From the NCBI GenBank assembly GCA_004556925.1, contig SFFI01000003.1, positions 34,187-98,186 on the forward strand: a DNA stretch of 64,000 nt. The letters are read 5' to 3'. The number at the start of each line of letters is the position of its first letter. Within the stretch, counting starts at the first letter, position 1. Shown in pieces: positions 18,912-28,631 of the stretch. The stretch comes from Clostridiales bacterium (lineage in GTDB: Bacteria > Bacillota > Clostridia > Saccharofermentanales > DTU023). The notes below the pieces were generated by a model, which saw only the letters and a list, made by a program, of their open reading frames with translations, did no database searches and had not been told where the DNA came from. A program made the position numbers and the translations under genes.

Positions 18912-19361
18912 CTAGGCCTCCTTGCTTACGGCAGGCATACCGTCAACCGTAATGCCCATGCTCCTAGCAGTACCGGCTACCATGCGGGCGCCAGCTTCCA
19001 GGTCAGCTGCGTTGGATTCAGAGATTTTGATTTTAGCGATTTCCAGACAATCGTCCCAGGTGACTTTCGCTACCTTCTTCTTGTTCGGCTCGCCAGAGGC
19101 CTTTTCGATTTTCGCGGCCTTCTTTAAGAGCGTTGCGGCGGGCGGAGTCTTGGTAATGAAAGTGTAGGAACGGTCCGCATAAACAGTAATAACGACAGGA
19201 ATAACCATGCCTGCGTCTTTAGCGGTTCTTTCATTAAATTCCTTGACAAACTGCGCAATATTTAATCCGTGTTGTCCAAGGGCTGGTCCGACCGGCGGCG
19301 CTGGTGTTGCTTTGGCTGCAGGGATCTGCAGCTTTACCATGGCAATGACTTTTTTGGCCAT
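18912..19361 (-). CDS. rplK: 50S ribosomal protein L11
   Basis: [38 protein letters not shown] at 19361 preceded by GGGAGGTG. The track ORF starts 15 nt earlier. Confidence 0.95.
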   Translation of the reverse strand: MAKKVIAMVKLQIPAAKATPAPPVGPALGQHGLNIAQFVKEFNERTAKDAGMVIPVVITVYADRSYTFITKTPPAATLLKKAAKIEKASGEPNKKKVAKVTWDDCLEIAKIKISESNAADLEAGARMVAGTARSMGITVDGMPAVSKEA

Positions 19362-19473
19362 TTTGCCACCTCCCAATTTCTTTTAATTTATGCTGAAGGC
19401 ACGAGGGCCTTACAGGTTTTGAAACCAAGGCTGGTTAGCCTTGGGGCGCGGCTCGAAAGCCGACAAATATTAA

Positions 19474-20010
19474 TTATATACGTAAGACTTGAGTCAGTTC
19501 AAGTTCTACCGGAGTTTCCCGGCCAAACATTGAAACGGAGACAACAAGCTTTTTCTTCTCAGCGTTGATCTCTTCCACGGTACCGACAAAGCCATCCAGG
19601 GGGCCATGGATGATCTTGACCGAATCGCCGATATCGTAGTCCACGATGGGCTCCCAGTTGGATTCCAGGCCGATAATCATCAGCTCTTCATCGGTCAGGG
19701 GGACAGGATTGGTGGGAGAAGAACCAACAAAGCCGGTTACGCCGCGCGTGTTGCGCACGATATACCAAATTTCATCGGTCAGGACGAGCTTGACTAAAAT
19801 ATAGCCAGGGTAGACCTTGCGCTCGTGTGTCTTCCGCTCGCCATCCTTGATCTCCACGACTTCCTCCGTGGGGACAAGGACCTCCTGAATATAGTCTTGC
19901 AGGCCACGATTTTCGACTATCATATCCAAGGTCTGTTTAACCTTGTTTTCATAGCCGGAATAGGTGTGAACTACATACCAGAGGGCTTCTTCTTTATTGC
20001 GTTCAGCCAT
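19474..20010 (-). CDS. nusG: transcription termination/antitermination factor NusG
   Basis: 178 aa. WYVVHTYSGYENKV N-terminal domain and KOW motif GDSVKIIHGPLDGFVGTVEEI. Confidence 0.95.
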   Translation of the reverse strand: MAERNKEEALWYVVHTYSGYENKVKQTLDMIVENRGLQDYIQEVLVPTEEVVEIKDGERKTHERKVYPGYILVKLVLTDEIWYIVRNTRGVTGFVGSSPTNPVPLTDEELMIIGLESNWEPIVDYDIGDSVKIIHGPLDGFVGTVEEINAEKKKLVVSVSMFGRETPVELELTQVLRI

Positions 20011-20015
20011 CTAGC

Positions 20016-20351
20016 TTACCCTTCGTTTTTGGTGGTTTCGGCCTCAATCCCGGGTTCGACTGGCGCAGTGATAGCCGGTTTAGCGGCAGGTGCCTGCTTA
20101 ACATCGTAGAAACCGGTGACATTCAGGACCATAGAGATGAGCGAGTCGAAAACCAGAATGGTTACCACAGCCACCACAATGATGACTAGGACGGCAGCCA
20201 GGTTTTTCTTGAACTTGGTCTTGTCAGGCCAAGTAACCTTTTTGAGCTCAGAGGTAATGCCCTTGTACCAGGTTTTCACTCTAGCAAAAAAGGGCTTTTT
20301 ATTCTTTTCGGTTTTCTTGTCCTGCTTTTTGGAGCTAGTATCTTTAGCCAT
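20016..20351 (-). CDS. secE: preprotein translocase subunit SecE
   Basis: ELKKVTWPDK followed by a single TM, with the conserved position between rpmG and nusG. ATG at 20351 preceded by AAAGAGG. Unusual ~35-aa C-terminal tail. Confidence 0.85.
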   Translation of the reverse strand: MAKDTSSKKQDKKTEKNKKPFFARVKTWYKGITSELKKVTWPDKTKFKKNLAAVLVIIVVAVVTILVFDSLISMVLNVTGFYDVKQAPAAKPAITAPVEPGIEAETTKNEG

Positions 20352-20407
20352 GGTAGCCTCTTTCAGCATGGGAAACAGACCCTAGCAGGGCCCATTTCGC
20401 AGTCAAA

Positions 20408-20572
20408 TTATTTGGATTCAGTATGTTTGGTGTGCTTACGGCAAAACGGACAATACTTATTGAGTTCGAGTTTTTCCGTAGTGTTCATTTTGTTCTTTTT
20501 CGTGTTGTAATTACGCTGTTTGCATTCACTACATACGAGAGCGATTCTGTCGCGTGCTCCTGGTTTAGCCAT
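20408..20572 (-). CDS. rpmG: 50S ribosomal protein L33
   Basis: Below the track's size cut-off. Manual translation gives [54 protein letters not shown] (54 aa, CxxC...CxxC zinc ribbon). RBS GGGAGGT. Confidence 0.9.
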   Translation of the reverse strand: MAKPGARDRIALVCSECKQRNYNTKKNKMNTTEKLELNKYCPFCRKHTKHTESK

Positions 20573-20675
20573 GTCCTTACCTCCCTTTATATCTGAGAAA
20601 ACAAGCTTTTTCTTACGTTGAAGCTATTTATTTGTCCCACAATAAAAAGAACTTGCGGGAAAACAAGCAGAGGAA

Positions 20676-20703
20676 ATTATAGCACAATGCTTTGGTCTGT
20701 CAA
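20676..20703 (-). promoter_or_regulatory. near-consensus sigma-70/SigA promoter for rpmG-secE-nusG
   Basis: Minus strand TTGACA (20703..20698), 16-nt spacer ending in TGC, then TATAAT (20681..20676). This leaves a leader of about 100 nt before rpmG. Confidence 0.7.
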
Positions 20704-20713
20704 GCGTGCCAAC

Positions 20714-21013
20714 CTAAGCCCCGTGCGCGCGGCGGTCTTCCAGGACTTCGGCCAGCTGGTCCCAGGTCAAGCCGTGCTGGTGAAAGAGAACGGTCATATG
20801 GTAGAGCAGGTCAGCGCCTTCTTCCGCAATCCTCTGGCTGTCCGCATTTTTGCAGGCTAAAATCATCCCGGTGCATTGTTCTACCGTTTTGGCCAGGATG
20901 CGGTCTTCGCCCTTATCCAAGAGGTAATTCGTGTAGGAACCGGTAACAGGCTGTTTGGCCCGCTCGTCGGTGAGCTCGTATAAGGTTTGAAGTATGGATC
21001 CAATTTTACTCAT
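20714..21013 (-). CDS. phosphoribosyl-ATP pyrophosphohydrolase-like (HisE/MazG-type all-alpha NTP pyrophosphatase)
   Basis: 99 aa. SYTNYLLDKGEDRILAKTVEQCTGMILA...EEGADLLYHMTVL matches the HisE pattern. No other his genes are in the window. Confidence 0.65.
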   Translation of the reverse strand: MSKIGSILQTLYELTDERAKQPVTGSYTNYLLDKGEDRILAKTVEQCTGMILACKNADSQRIAEEGADLLYHMTVLFHQHGLTWDQLAEVLEDRRAHGA

Positions 21014-21183
21014 AGGGGGCTTCCTTCCAAAGATATATTAACCATTATACTAGTTAAGGGAGATTTTGGGGTCAAAATGAATCTTCTACCCCTATCTGGT
21101 CATGCCCAGCCCCTGCAATTTCAGCTATACTTAGGAACATAAACAGGAGCAGAGCCTGCTTGCCAAAGAAGTGAGGATACGCC

Positions 21184-23259
21184 ATGAACGAAGCTTATCT
21201 CTTTAATACAGGAAAGAATTACCAAGCCTATAAGTACCTTGGTGCCCATCCCTACAAACTGGGAGATCAAGAGGGCTATATGTTCCGGGTTTGGGCTCCC
21301 CAGGCCCAAAGTATCGCCTTGTGCGGTTCCTTTAATAACTGGGATGAAAGCCAGCACTTCATGGAGAAAGACCCGGATACAGGAATCTGGCAGGCCTTCC
21401 GGGCAGATGTCCAAGCCTGGGACCGCTACCAGTATCTGGTAAAGGGAAAGGACGGTTCTCTGGTATATAAGGCGGACCCTTTCGCGGTTCACCAAGAAAC
21501 TCGACCTGCGAAGGCTTCGATTATTTATGAAGGCTCTGACTTCCCTTGGACAGACCAGGTTTTTATGCAGTCTCGGCCCCTGGCGCGTGACCCCCAAGCC
21601 CTCAACATTTATGAACTGCATTGTGGGTCCTGGCGGACTTATCCTGATGGCAATTATTATAACTACCGGGATTTGGGCCGCGAGTTGGCGGCCTATTGCC
21701 AAGATATGTGCTACAACGCAGTCGAACTCTTGCCTATCATGGAACACCCCCTGGACGCCTCTTGGGGCTACCAGGTAACGGGTTACTTTGCTCCCACTTC
21801 TCGTTTTGGCACACCTGACGACTTCAAAGCCATGGTAAACACCCTGCACGAGGCTGGGGTCCGGGTAATTCTAGACTGGGTCCCTGCCCACTATCCCAAG
21901 GATGCCTTTGGGCTTTATCACTTTGATGGCTCGCCTTGTTACGAGTATGCAGACCCCCGCTTGGGGGAGCAGCAGGCCTGGGGAACCATGGTTTTCGATT
22001 ATGCCAAGGCTGAGGTCCAATCCTTCCTCTTGTCGTCCGCCTACTACTGGCTGGCTGAGTATCATCTCGATGGGCTTAGAGTAGACGCCGTATCCTCCAT
22101 GATTTACCTGGATTATGGCCGCACAGAGTACGTCAAAAACCGCTTCGGCGGCAATGACAACCTGGAAGCCCTCTATTTTTTACGGACCTGCAATGAAATT
22201 CTGGCTAAGGAATTCCCCCAAGCCCTCTTAATTGCAGAGGAATCCACAGCCTATCCCCACATTACCAAGCCCGTAGAAGAAGGTGGCCTAGGCTTTACCC
22301 ACAAGTGGAATATGGGCTGGATGCATGACACCTTAAACTACATGTCAGTAGATTATTACGCCCGTAAATATCATCATAACAAGATGTCCTTCTCTATGAC
22401 CTATGCCTTCTCCGAGCACTATATCCTGCCCTATTCTCACGACGAGGTTGTGCATGGGAAGAAGTCCATCATTGGCAGGATGCCGGGGGATATCTGGCGT
22501 CAATGTGCCAGCCTCAAGACCTGTTATGCCTGGCAGTTTACCCACCCTGGTGGCAAACTCAATTTTATGGGCAACGACTTTGGCCAGTTCGTGGAGTGGC
22601 GGGAGTATGAAGAGCTCCAGTGGTTCATGCTGGAACACAACCACCACAGGCAAATTCAAGATTATAACCGTGCCCTGCATCGGCTCTACCTGACCCACCC
22701 GGCCCTCTATATGGATGACCAGTCTTGGCAGGGTTTCCGCTGGGTACAGGTGGATGACCATGAGAACTCTGTCTTTGCGGCTAGCCGCATCTATAAAGAT
22801 CAAGAAATCTTGGCAGTCTTCAATATGACTCCTGCCGTCTTGGACGGCTATGAGCTGGAAGTGGAAGCCTGTGGCTCCTATACCCTCCTGCTGAATTCCG
22901 ATGATAGCAAGTGGGGCGGGTCTGGTTATCTTGGTCCTGAGACAGAGGGCAAGCTTTATCAGACCTCTCCCCGGGATAGTAAAGACCTCGACCGGCGGCA
23001 GCAGGACGAACTGGTCCGGCTCAAGGAGGTCCATAAAAAAGCCGCTCAAGACCGGACAAAACTCCTTAAGCAACGGAAGAAGCTCTACAAGGCCTACAGC
23101 CAGCTCCTTGGCACAGAAAACCCTGACCAGGACCGCGTGATCGGTTTGGTAGAAGATTTAGCCCCCCTGCCCCCGGTAGAGGTTCAGAAGGCAAGACCCA
23201 AGTTGATCCTGGACCTGCCGCCCCTGTCGGCCATGTTCTTAGAGTTTAAGCAAGCTTAA
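21184..23259 (+). CDS. glgB: 1,4-alpha-glucan branching enzyme
   Basis: 691 aa. GH13 motifs DWVPAHY, GLRVDAVSSM, IAEESTA and PYSHDEVVHGK. A basic coiled-coil insertion lies near the C-terminus. Confidence 0.9.
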   Translation: MNEAYLFNTGKNYQAYKYLGAHPYKLGDQEGYMFRVWAPQAQSIALCGSFNNWDESQHFMEKDPDTGIWQAFRADVQAWDRYQYLVKGKDGSLVYKADPFAVHQETRPAKASIIYEGSDFPWTDQVFMQSRPLARDPQALNIYELHCGSWRTYPDGNYYNYRDLGRELAAYCQDMCYNAVELLPIMEHPLDASWGYQVTGYFAPTSRFGTPDDFKAMVNTLHEAGVRVILDWVPAHYPKDAFGLYHFDGSPCYEYADPRLGEQQAWGTMVFDYAKAEVQSFLLSSAYYWLAEYHLDGLRVDAVSSMIYLDYGRTEYVKNRFGGNDNLEALYFLRTCNEILAKEFPQALLIAEESTAYPHITKPVEEGGLGFTHKWNMGWMHDTLNYMSVDYYARKYHHNKMSFSMTYAFSEHYILPYSHDEVVHGKKSIIGRMPGDIWRQCASLKTCYAWQFTHPGGKLNFMGNDFGQFVEWREYEELQWFMLEHNHHRQIQDYNRALHRLYLTHPALYMDDQSWQGFRWVQVDDHENSVFAASRIYKDQEILAVFNMTPAVLDGYELEVEACGSYTLLLNSDDSKWGGSGYLGPETEGKLYQTSPRDSKDLDRRQQDELVRLKEVHKKAAQDRTKLLKQRKKLYKAYSQLLGTENPDQDRVIGLVEDLAPLPPVEVQKARPKLILDLPPLSAMFLEFKQA

Positions 23260-24251
23260 AGGCCCAAAATGAGATAGCGCGAGGCTAAGACTAAAAAGAA
23301 AGCCATACCCGCCCCCAGATAAAGCAGGCGGATAGTCTTATCTATATCGCCGATTTCCGGGGCCCGCTTGGCGTCGCCAATGCTGGGCTTGACAATTTCT
23401 ACGCCTGCATAGCTATGGGTGCCGCCCAGCTGGATGCCCAGAGCTCCGGCAGCGACGGCCTCTGTTTGGCCTGAATTGGGAGACAAGTGCTTGTAACGGT
23501 CCCGGCGAAAAATCCGCCAGGCCTCATGAACATCAAGGCCCGCCAAGGGTGTGGCTAAGAGCAAGCATAGGGCGGCCAGACGGGCGGGCAAAAAATTGAC
23601 TACATCATCCAGGCGGGCCGCTGCCTTGCCAAAATCCTCGTAGCGGGCATTGTGATAGCCCAGCATAGAGTCCATGGTATTGATCACCTTATAAAAGAAC
23701 ATGCCTGGCAGGTCAAAGAGGGCAAAAAACAATAAGGGTGCCACCACCCCATCGGCAAAGTTTTCCGCCACCGTTTCGACTGCAGCCTGGATCACCTCAG
23801 CATCTGAAAGATCTGCCGTATCGCGGCCCACAATGCGGGCTAGGCGCAGACGTGCAGAGGGCAGGCCCTGGCTGCGGAGGGCAAACGCGACCATCCCCGC
23901 TTCTTGCGCCAGACCTTTAAGTGCCAGGAGCTGCCAGGCCAGAATCAGCCGGAAGAGCAAATAGAGATAGGGGCTCAGGCTGAAGAAGAGGCGGAGGACA
24001 GCCTGCAGGGCCAGAGTTAGGCCAACTGGCAAGAAGACGGCCAAGAGGACCCCGCGGCTGAGACGCTGGGCTGGGGTCAAGAGGGGACGGTTGAGTTGGC
24101 GATCAAAGAAGCTGATCAGCTTCCCTACCAGCACTACGGGGTGCAGACTAAAGGGGGGGTCAGCCAGGAACAGGTCTAAGACCAGGGCCAGGAGAGCCGT
24201 AAGATAAAAACTGGTCTGGGCCAGATGAGTAAGTTCCCAGGCAAGCGGCAT
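23256..24251 (-). CDS. cbiB: adenosylcobinamide-phosphate synthase CbiB/CobD
   Basis: 331 aa multi-TM protein. NTMDSMLGYHN and SPNSGQTEAVAAGALG motifs. Confidence 0.85.
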   Translation of the reverse strand: MPLAWELTHLAQTSFYLTALLALVLDLFLADPPFSLHPVVLVGKLISFFDRQLNRPLLTPAQRLSRGVLLAVFLPVGLTLALQAVLRLFFSLSPYLYLLFRLILAWQLLALKGLAQEAGMVAFALRSQGLPSARLRLARIVGRDTADLSDAEVIQAAVETVAENFADGVVAPLLFFALFDLPGMFFYKVINTMDSMLGYHNARYEDFGKAAARLDDVVNFLPARLAALCLLLATPLAGLDVHEAWRIFRRDRYKHLSPNSGQTEAVAAGALGIQLGGTHSYAGVEIVKPSIGDAKRAPEIGDIDKTIRLLYLGAGMAFFLVLASRYLILGL

Positions 24252-24616
24252 TAGTCCCTGCCCTCATTTTTCAGACACAGGCCCAGGCCAACAAAAACCC
24301 GGTAGACCTGAGTGGCTCGACTAGCTAAATTCTGCAGCAAGGCACCGTTAAACTCCCGCAGGAGCCGCTCTTGCGCATCCATGGGGACCAGGCCACAACC
24401 CATATCTTCCAAGATACAGATGTACTGACCCTGGAGCTCCGCCTGTAAATAGTCTAGTCGGCTATCCAGGTCTTGCCGGGACAGTTTGGAGAGGTCTGGC
24501 AAAATCAAGCGGAGGTCATAAATGGGCAGGTCTAGGCCCTCGGACCGGTAAGAGTCACGTAGCTGCTCAGCAAAGTGGGTCTTGCCCTGGGCGGCACCGC
24601 CAAATACGAGGATCAT
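24251..24616 (-). CDS. truncated CobU-like P-loop protein (lacks the central guanylyl-histidine region)
   Basis: 121 aa. The N-terminus MILVFGGAAQGKTHFAE and the C-terminus ILEDMGCGLVPMDAQERLLREFNGALLQNLASRATQVYRVFVGLGLCLK match the two ends of CobU. The middle ~60 aa are absent. Confidence 0.55.
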   Translation of the reverse strand: MILVFGGAAQGKTHFAEQLRDSYRSEGLDLPIYDLRLILPDLSKLSRQDLDSRLDYLQAELQGQYICILEDMGCGLVPMDAQERLLREFNGALLQNLASRATQVYRVFVGLGLCLKNEGRD

Positions 24617-24630
24617 GGTGGGTTCTCTTT

Positions 24631-25446
24631 CTAAAGGCGTAATAGTAGGCTCAAGAGGAGCAGGCTGAGGTCAGAAAACAGGCAGAGGGCTTGGCCAGCA
24701 AGGTCACCGGAAATACCAGCAAAGGTCCGCTGGTAGTAGGAGCGACTAGCTTGCCAGGTTAGGGCTAAAGCCAGCACCATGGCAAGTCCTCGCCAGGTGA
24801 GAGTGAGGCAAAGGACCAAGGCCCAGATGAGGCCATGGACCAGTAACAGGCGGTTGGCCAGGGGATCAGGTTGGGGGGCCATGGCTTGCGACATGCCAGT
24901 CTTTTGGGCCTTGGGCATGACTTGGGTTAAGCCAGCGGATAAGGCCCGCAGGAAGGCTGGCAGGGCCAGCAGGGTCATCAAGAGCCTAGCCTGAGTAATA
25001 TGCTGGGGCACCAGGCCGTAGAGGTCGGACCAGAAGATCATCTGCCAGAGGCTGTGGATGACCAAGGCAATGACCGCCATGGGGCCGGTCAGAGGATCAT
25101 GCATGATTTCCAGCATGCGGTCGCGATCGCGCCGAGAAAAAATGGCATCTGAGGCATCGGCCAAGCCGTCCAGGTGGATAAAGCCCGTGAGGTAAGCCTC
25201 CAGGCTGAAGATGAGGAGGGCAAAAACCAGGCCAGGGAGATCGAAAGCCTGGGCCACAAGCAAGACAAAGCCCTGGCAAAGCCCCAGCGCCGCCCCCACC
25301 AGGGGGAAGGCAGCCAGGGTAAAGCGGAGGTTTTCCGGACGATAGGCGGGGGCCTTTACCGGAAAAAGGGAAAAGGTCGAAAAGGCCGTCAGGATACCGG
25401 TCCAGACTTGGGACCCCAGCTTTGTCGAGCTTGAAACTTTTGCCAT
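24631..25446 (-). CDS. cobS: adenosylcobinamide-GDP ribazoletransferase (cobalamin synthase)
   Basis: 271 aa integral membrane protein. FSLFPV and HLDGLADASDAIFS motifs. Confidence 0.85.
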   Translation of the reverse strand: MAKVSSSTKLGSQVWTGILTAFSTFSLFPVKAPAYRPENLRFTLAAFPLVGAALGLCQGFVLLVAQAFDLPGLVFALLIFSLEAYLTGFIHLDGLADASDAIFSRRDRDRMLEIMHDPLTGPMAVIALVIHSLWQMIFWSDLYGLVPQHITQARLLMTLLALPAFLRALSAGLTQVMPKAQKTGMSQAMAPQPDPLANRLLLVHGLIWALVLCLTLTWRGLAMVLALALTWQASRSYYQRTFAGISGDLAGQALCLFSDLSLLLLSLLLRL

Positions 25447-25449
25447 GCC

Positions 25450-25809
25450 TTAGTGGTCGATTTGGTCGCGCTTGGAAAGGATAGCCGCGGCAGCCGCACA
25501 GGCTGGACAATCGCAGTATTTTTCGCCTTGCGCCTGGCGTTCTTGGGCATGGGTTAAGATCTGTTGAGCCAGGTCTTCACCAAAGACTTTTTGCCCCTGG
25601 TCCGACTTGGCAAAAGCAATAAGCTGGTCGATCGGCATGATATCAGCCTGCATTTCGGCCATAAGCTTTTGGGTTTGCTCTGCTTCTTGGGGTGTGTCCA
25701 GGGCGGCCAGCCAGGCCTGGCCGGCTGCCTTGGCTTCTGCGGAACAGGAATCAGCTGCGAGGAGTTGTTCCACTTGCGTTTTCAGGAAAGATTTCAGGTC
25801 TGCGTTCAT
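25450..25809 (-). CDS. small hypothetical protein with C-terminal CDCPAC motif
   Basis: 119 aa, helical and acidic, ending ...GEKYCDCPACAAAAAILSKRDQIDH. Embedded between cobU and cobS, 4 nt from the cobS start. Confidence 0.5.
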   Translation of the reverse strand: MNADLKSFLKTQVEQLLAADSCSAEAKAAGQAWLAALDTPQEAEQTQKLMAEMQADIMPIDQLIAFAKSDQGQKVFGEDLAQQILTHAQERQAQGEKYCDCPACAAAAAILSKRDQIDH

Positions 25810-25975
25810 GAGATAAACCTCCTAAGGAGGACAGGTCTGGCCCCAGGGCCAGCATGCTCCTAAGTATTTAGGCGGGGATATGTATCGTGAGCGGGTTATT
25901 TTTTGTCACGTACAAGGAGCCTCGCGCTTACTTCGATTCTATACTTAAAGGGCGGTCAGAGAAAGTCCGGCGCCT

Positions 25976-26746
25976 TTATGGACAGTCAGCAAGAGGCAGG
26001 ATCCCCAAGTTGTTCTTGAGGCTTGGCAAGCCAGGACCGGACCAGGCCAGAGGAAGACCCGCCGCCACTTCAAGCAGCCAGCAGGCGGGGTCTTGGGCCA
26101 GGCCACGATGGACCAGGCCTAGGGTTTCCAGCCAGAGTTGCGACCAAGGATCGGGAGCAGAGCAGTTGCTAAAGACATCATTAGAGGCAATGAGAAGGAG
26201 GCTGGTCTGCTTTTGCAACCAAGCAAGGTCCTCTAGGAGGTCACAGGCAATCTTGTCTGCCAGACCTCGCTCAGGGGCTTGAGCATAGTGGGAAGGTAAA
26301 CCCCAGGATGCTTGCCGGACTTGGTTACGCGGGCTGAAAATTTCATTGGCCGTCAAAGTGCCTAGGCATTCGAGGAGCAGGACGGGCTGGGCGTTTAGAG
26401 AATCAGAGCACACGTTTTGTGGGAGATTACACGTGGCCTCAAGCGTCTCAAAACCCTTGCCTGCCCGCTGGGCCCTGTGTCGGTCCACCCGGGCTTGATT
26501 TTCTGCATCGTCCCCCACTTCGAGGGTAGCCAGATACAAGAGGGGGACCTGCCAGGCACTTGCCATTTCTTGCCCCCAAGTTTCCAGGAGCTTGGACTTG
26601 CCGGATTTGCTGCCGCCTAGGGCCAGGACCAGCTGACCCGTCTGCAGGGTCAGCTCTCGAAGCTCGGTTTCGAGCACTGAAGCCTTAAGCCTGGTGGGGA
26701 TCCTGACTTCCATAGTCCTCGTAGGCCTCAACTTGGCCCTCTTCAA
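25976..26746 (-). CDS. cobU: bifunctional adenosylcobinamide kinase / cobinamide-phosphate guanylyltransferase
   Basis: LVLALGGSKSGKS P-loop, YLATLEVGDDAENQARVDRHRAQR (His region) and LLLECLGTL. The real start is probably internal: a GTG at 26677 lies just after the cobT stop. Confidence 0.75.
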   Translation of the reverse strand: MKRAKLRPTRTMEVRIPTRLKASVLETELRELTLQTGQLVLALGGSKSGKSKLLETWGQEMASAWQVPLLYLATLEVGDDAENQARVDRHRAQRAGKGFETLEATCNLPQNVCSDSLNAQPVLLLECLGTLTANEIFSPRNQVRQASWGLPSHYAQAPERGLADKIACDLLEDLAWLQKQTSLLLIASNDVFSNCSAPDPWSQLWLETLGLVHRGLAQDPACWLLEVAAGLPLAWSGPGLPSLKNNLGILPLADCP

Positions 26747-27875
26747 AACTAGGCATCTGGGTAAAGACCTCTTGGGCCATATCCAGAAGGGGGATGAAAA
26801 AGAGGGCCCCCGCCCCTTCTCCTAAGGCCAGGTCTAGATCTAATAAAGGCTGAAGGCCCAAGTGTTGGGCAATAATACAGGAGCATTTTTCCCGCGGCTT
26901 GTGGCTGGGTAAGAGGTAGGCTACCAGGTCTGGGGCATAGCGGGAGGCCACCAGGGCCGCAGCGTAGGAGATGAGGCCATCCAGGATGACTGGAAGATGG
27001 GCATGGGCCGCGCCCAGATAAAGGCCGGCCAAGGCCGCTATATCCAGACCGCCGACAGCAGCTAGATAACTGGTAATGTCCTGACCTGCCAATTGGTCCA
27101 CGTACTGGTCATAGGCCGCTTGCAGGACCTGCTTCTTATGGTCCAGGCCTTGATCGGACAGGCCGGCTCCACGGCCGCAAACCTCATGGATATTAAGTTG
27201 AAGCAGGAGAGAAGAAATCAGGGTCGAAGTAGAGGTGTTGCCAATCCCCATCTCCCCGCCCACCAGGATCTTATAGCCTGAAGCGTGGGCGGCTTCTGCC
27301 AGGGCAATGCCTGTAACGAGAGCTTGCAGGCATTCTGCCCGGGTCATGGCGGCTTCTTCACGGAGATTGCGGGTCCCTTGGGGCCTTACCACGGCCTCTA
27401 TCACGCCCGCCTTAGGTCTGCCGCTTGCGCAATAATCCGCCGCACCCAGGTTGACCGGATAGAGGTCTAGGCCCAAGTCCTGGGCCAAGATAGCCACGGT
27501 TGACTTCCCTTCGGCCATATTGACCAGGACCTGGCTGGTTACCTCCTGGCCACATTGGCTAACCCCCTCCGCCACCAAGCCGTTGTCTGCCACCATGCAG
27601 AAAATCCCCACAGGACGCAGTGCTGGCCGTTCCTGCCTTTGCAGAGCAGCCAGGTCAGCCAGGTAGGTCTCCAAGGCACCCAGGGAGTGCAGGGGCTTAC
27701 ACAGCATGTTCCAAGCCTTGCACATGCCTGCCCGGTAAGCCGGGTCCCCTCCCCCTATCTCTGCCAAATACAGGGCCAGTTCGTCTTCCTGGACCAGCCT
27801 GGCACAGCTGCTTTGGCTCTGTTCATAACACTTGGCAAAACGACTTTTGGGATCAAGCTGGGGCATGCCTATCAC
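26685..27875 (-). CDS. cobT: nicotinate-nucleotide--dimethylbenzimidazole phosphoribosyltransferase
   Basis: 396 aa. GEMGIGNTSTST and ALGEGAGA motifs. Confidence 0.85.
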   Translation of the reverse strand: MIGMPQLDPKSRFAKCYEQSQSSCARLVQEDELALYLAEIGGGDPAYRAGMCKAWNMLCKPLHSLGALETYLADLAALQRQERPALRPVGIFCMVADNGLVAEGVSQCGQEVTSQVLVNMAEGKSTVAILAQDLGLDLYPVNLGAADYCASGRPKAGVIEAVVRPQGTRNLREEAAMTRAECLQALVTGIALAEAAHASGYKILVGGEMGIGNTSTSTLISSLLLQLNIHEVCGRGAGLSDQGLDHKKQVLQAAYDQYVDQLAGQDITSYLAAVGGLDIAALAGLYLGAAHAHLPVILDGLISYAAALVASRYAPDLVAYLLPSHKPREKCSCIIAQHLGLQPLLDLDLALGEGAGALFFIPLLDMAQEVFTQMPSFEEGQVEAYEDYGSQDPHQA

Positions 27876-27882
27876 TCCTGCC

Positions 27883-28623
27883 CTACTTACATGCTGCTAA
27901 GGCCCGGTCGGGGAAATTCGTGATCACGCCCTCAACGCCCAGGCTCTGGCAGCGGTCGAGATCTTCTGGCTCATTAACCGTCCAGCAATTAACCTTGATC
28001 CCGTACGCCTGGCAGGAGGCCATTTGGACCTCATCTAGGATGCGGAAGTCTGGGTGGTAGTAGGCTAGGTCAAACTTGTGGCAAAAATAACCGACATTGC
28101 CCACCGACTGGAAGCTCAGGAGGGCTCCGCATGGAATATCCGGGGCAAGTTCACGCAGGACATACAAGGAGGAATGGTTGAAAGAGGAGAACAGGACCCG
28201 GTCTGATAAGCCAAAGTCTCTCACCAGGCTTAGGGTCTTTTCTTCAATATCCTGGTAGTAATAGCGGTCGGTCTTGATCTCAATATTGGTAACCAGGTCT
28301 GTATCTTTGACCCAGTCTAGGTACTCTTCCAGGCTGGGAATTTTGGCATCTAGCTTAAAGACCGTGCCGGCATTAAGCTTTTGTAGCTGGCTCCAAGTGA
28401 GGTCTTTAACCCAGCCTCGTCCATCTGTCGTCCGGTTGACTTTTTCGTCATGGATAACAACCAGCTTGTCGTCCTTGGTCAAGTGGACATCCAATTCTAT
28501 GCCATAGCAGCCAAGTTCTGCCGCTTTTTGAAAGGCAAGCATGGTATTTTCAGGATATTGGCCAGAAAAGCCCCGGTGTGCGTAAACTTTCATTCTTGTT
28601 TCCTTCGTTTTTCCAGATGACAA
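27883..28623 (-). CDS. glycerophosphodiester phosphodiesterase
   Basis: 246 aa. AHRGFSGQYPENT and ELDVHLTKDDKLVVIHD motifs. Confidence 0.85.
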   Translation of the reverse strand: MSSGKTKETRMKVYAHRGFSGQYPENTMLAFQKAAELGCYGIELDVHLTKDDKLVVIHDEKVNRTTDGRGWVKDLTWSQLQKLNAGTVFKLDAKIPSLEEYLDWVKDTDLVTNIEIKTDRYYYQDIEEKTLSLVRDFGLSDRVLFSSFNHSSLYVLRELAPDIPCGALLSFQSVGNVGYFCHKFDLAYYHPDFRILDEVQMASCQAYGIKVNCWTVNEPEDLDRCQSLGVEGVITNFPDRALAACK

Positions 28624-28631
28624 AACACAAT

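Noticed and set aside
21121-23073. Two 242-aa minus-strand ORFs (21121..21849 and 22345..23073)
   Set aside because: Both lie fully antisense to glgB, which has unambiguous GH13 motifs. They are shadow ORFs, as expected in GC-rich coding sequence.
25810-25975. Cobalamin riboswitch, searched for here and upstream of the cob cluster (29559..29693)
   Set aside because: I could not find a B12-box-like sequence or a region long enough with the expected conserved core. Only a short GC hairpin is present.
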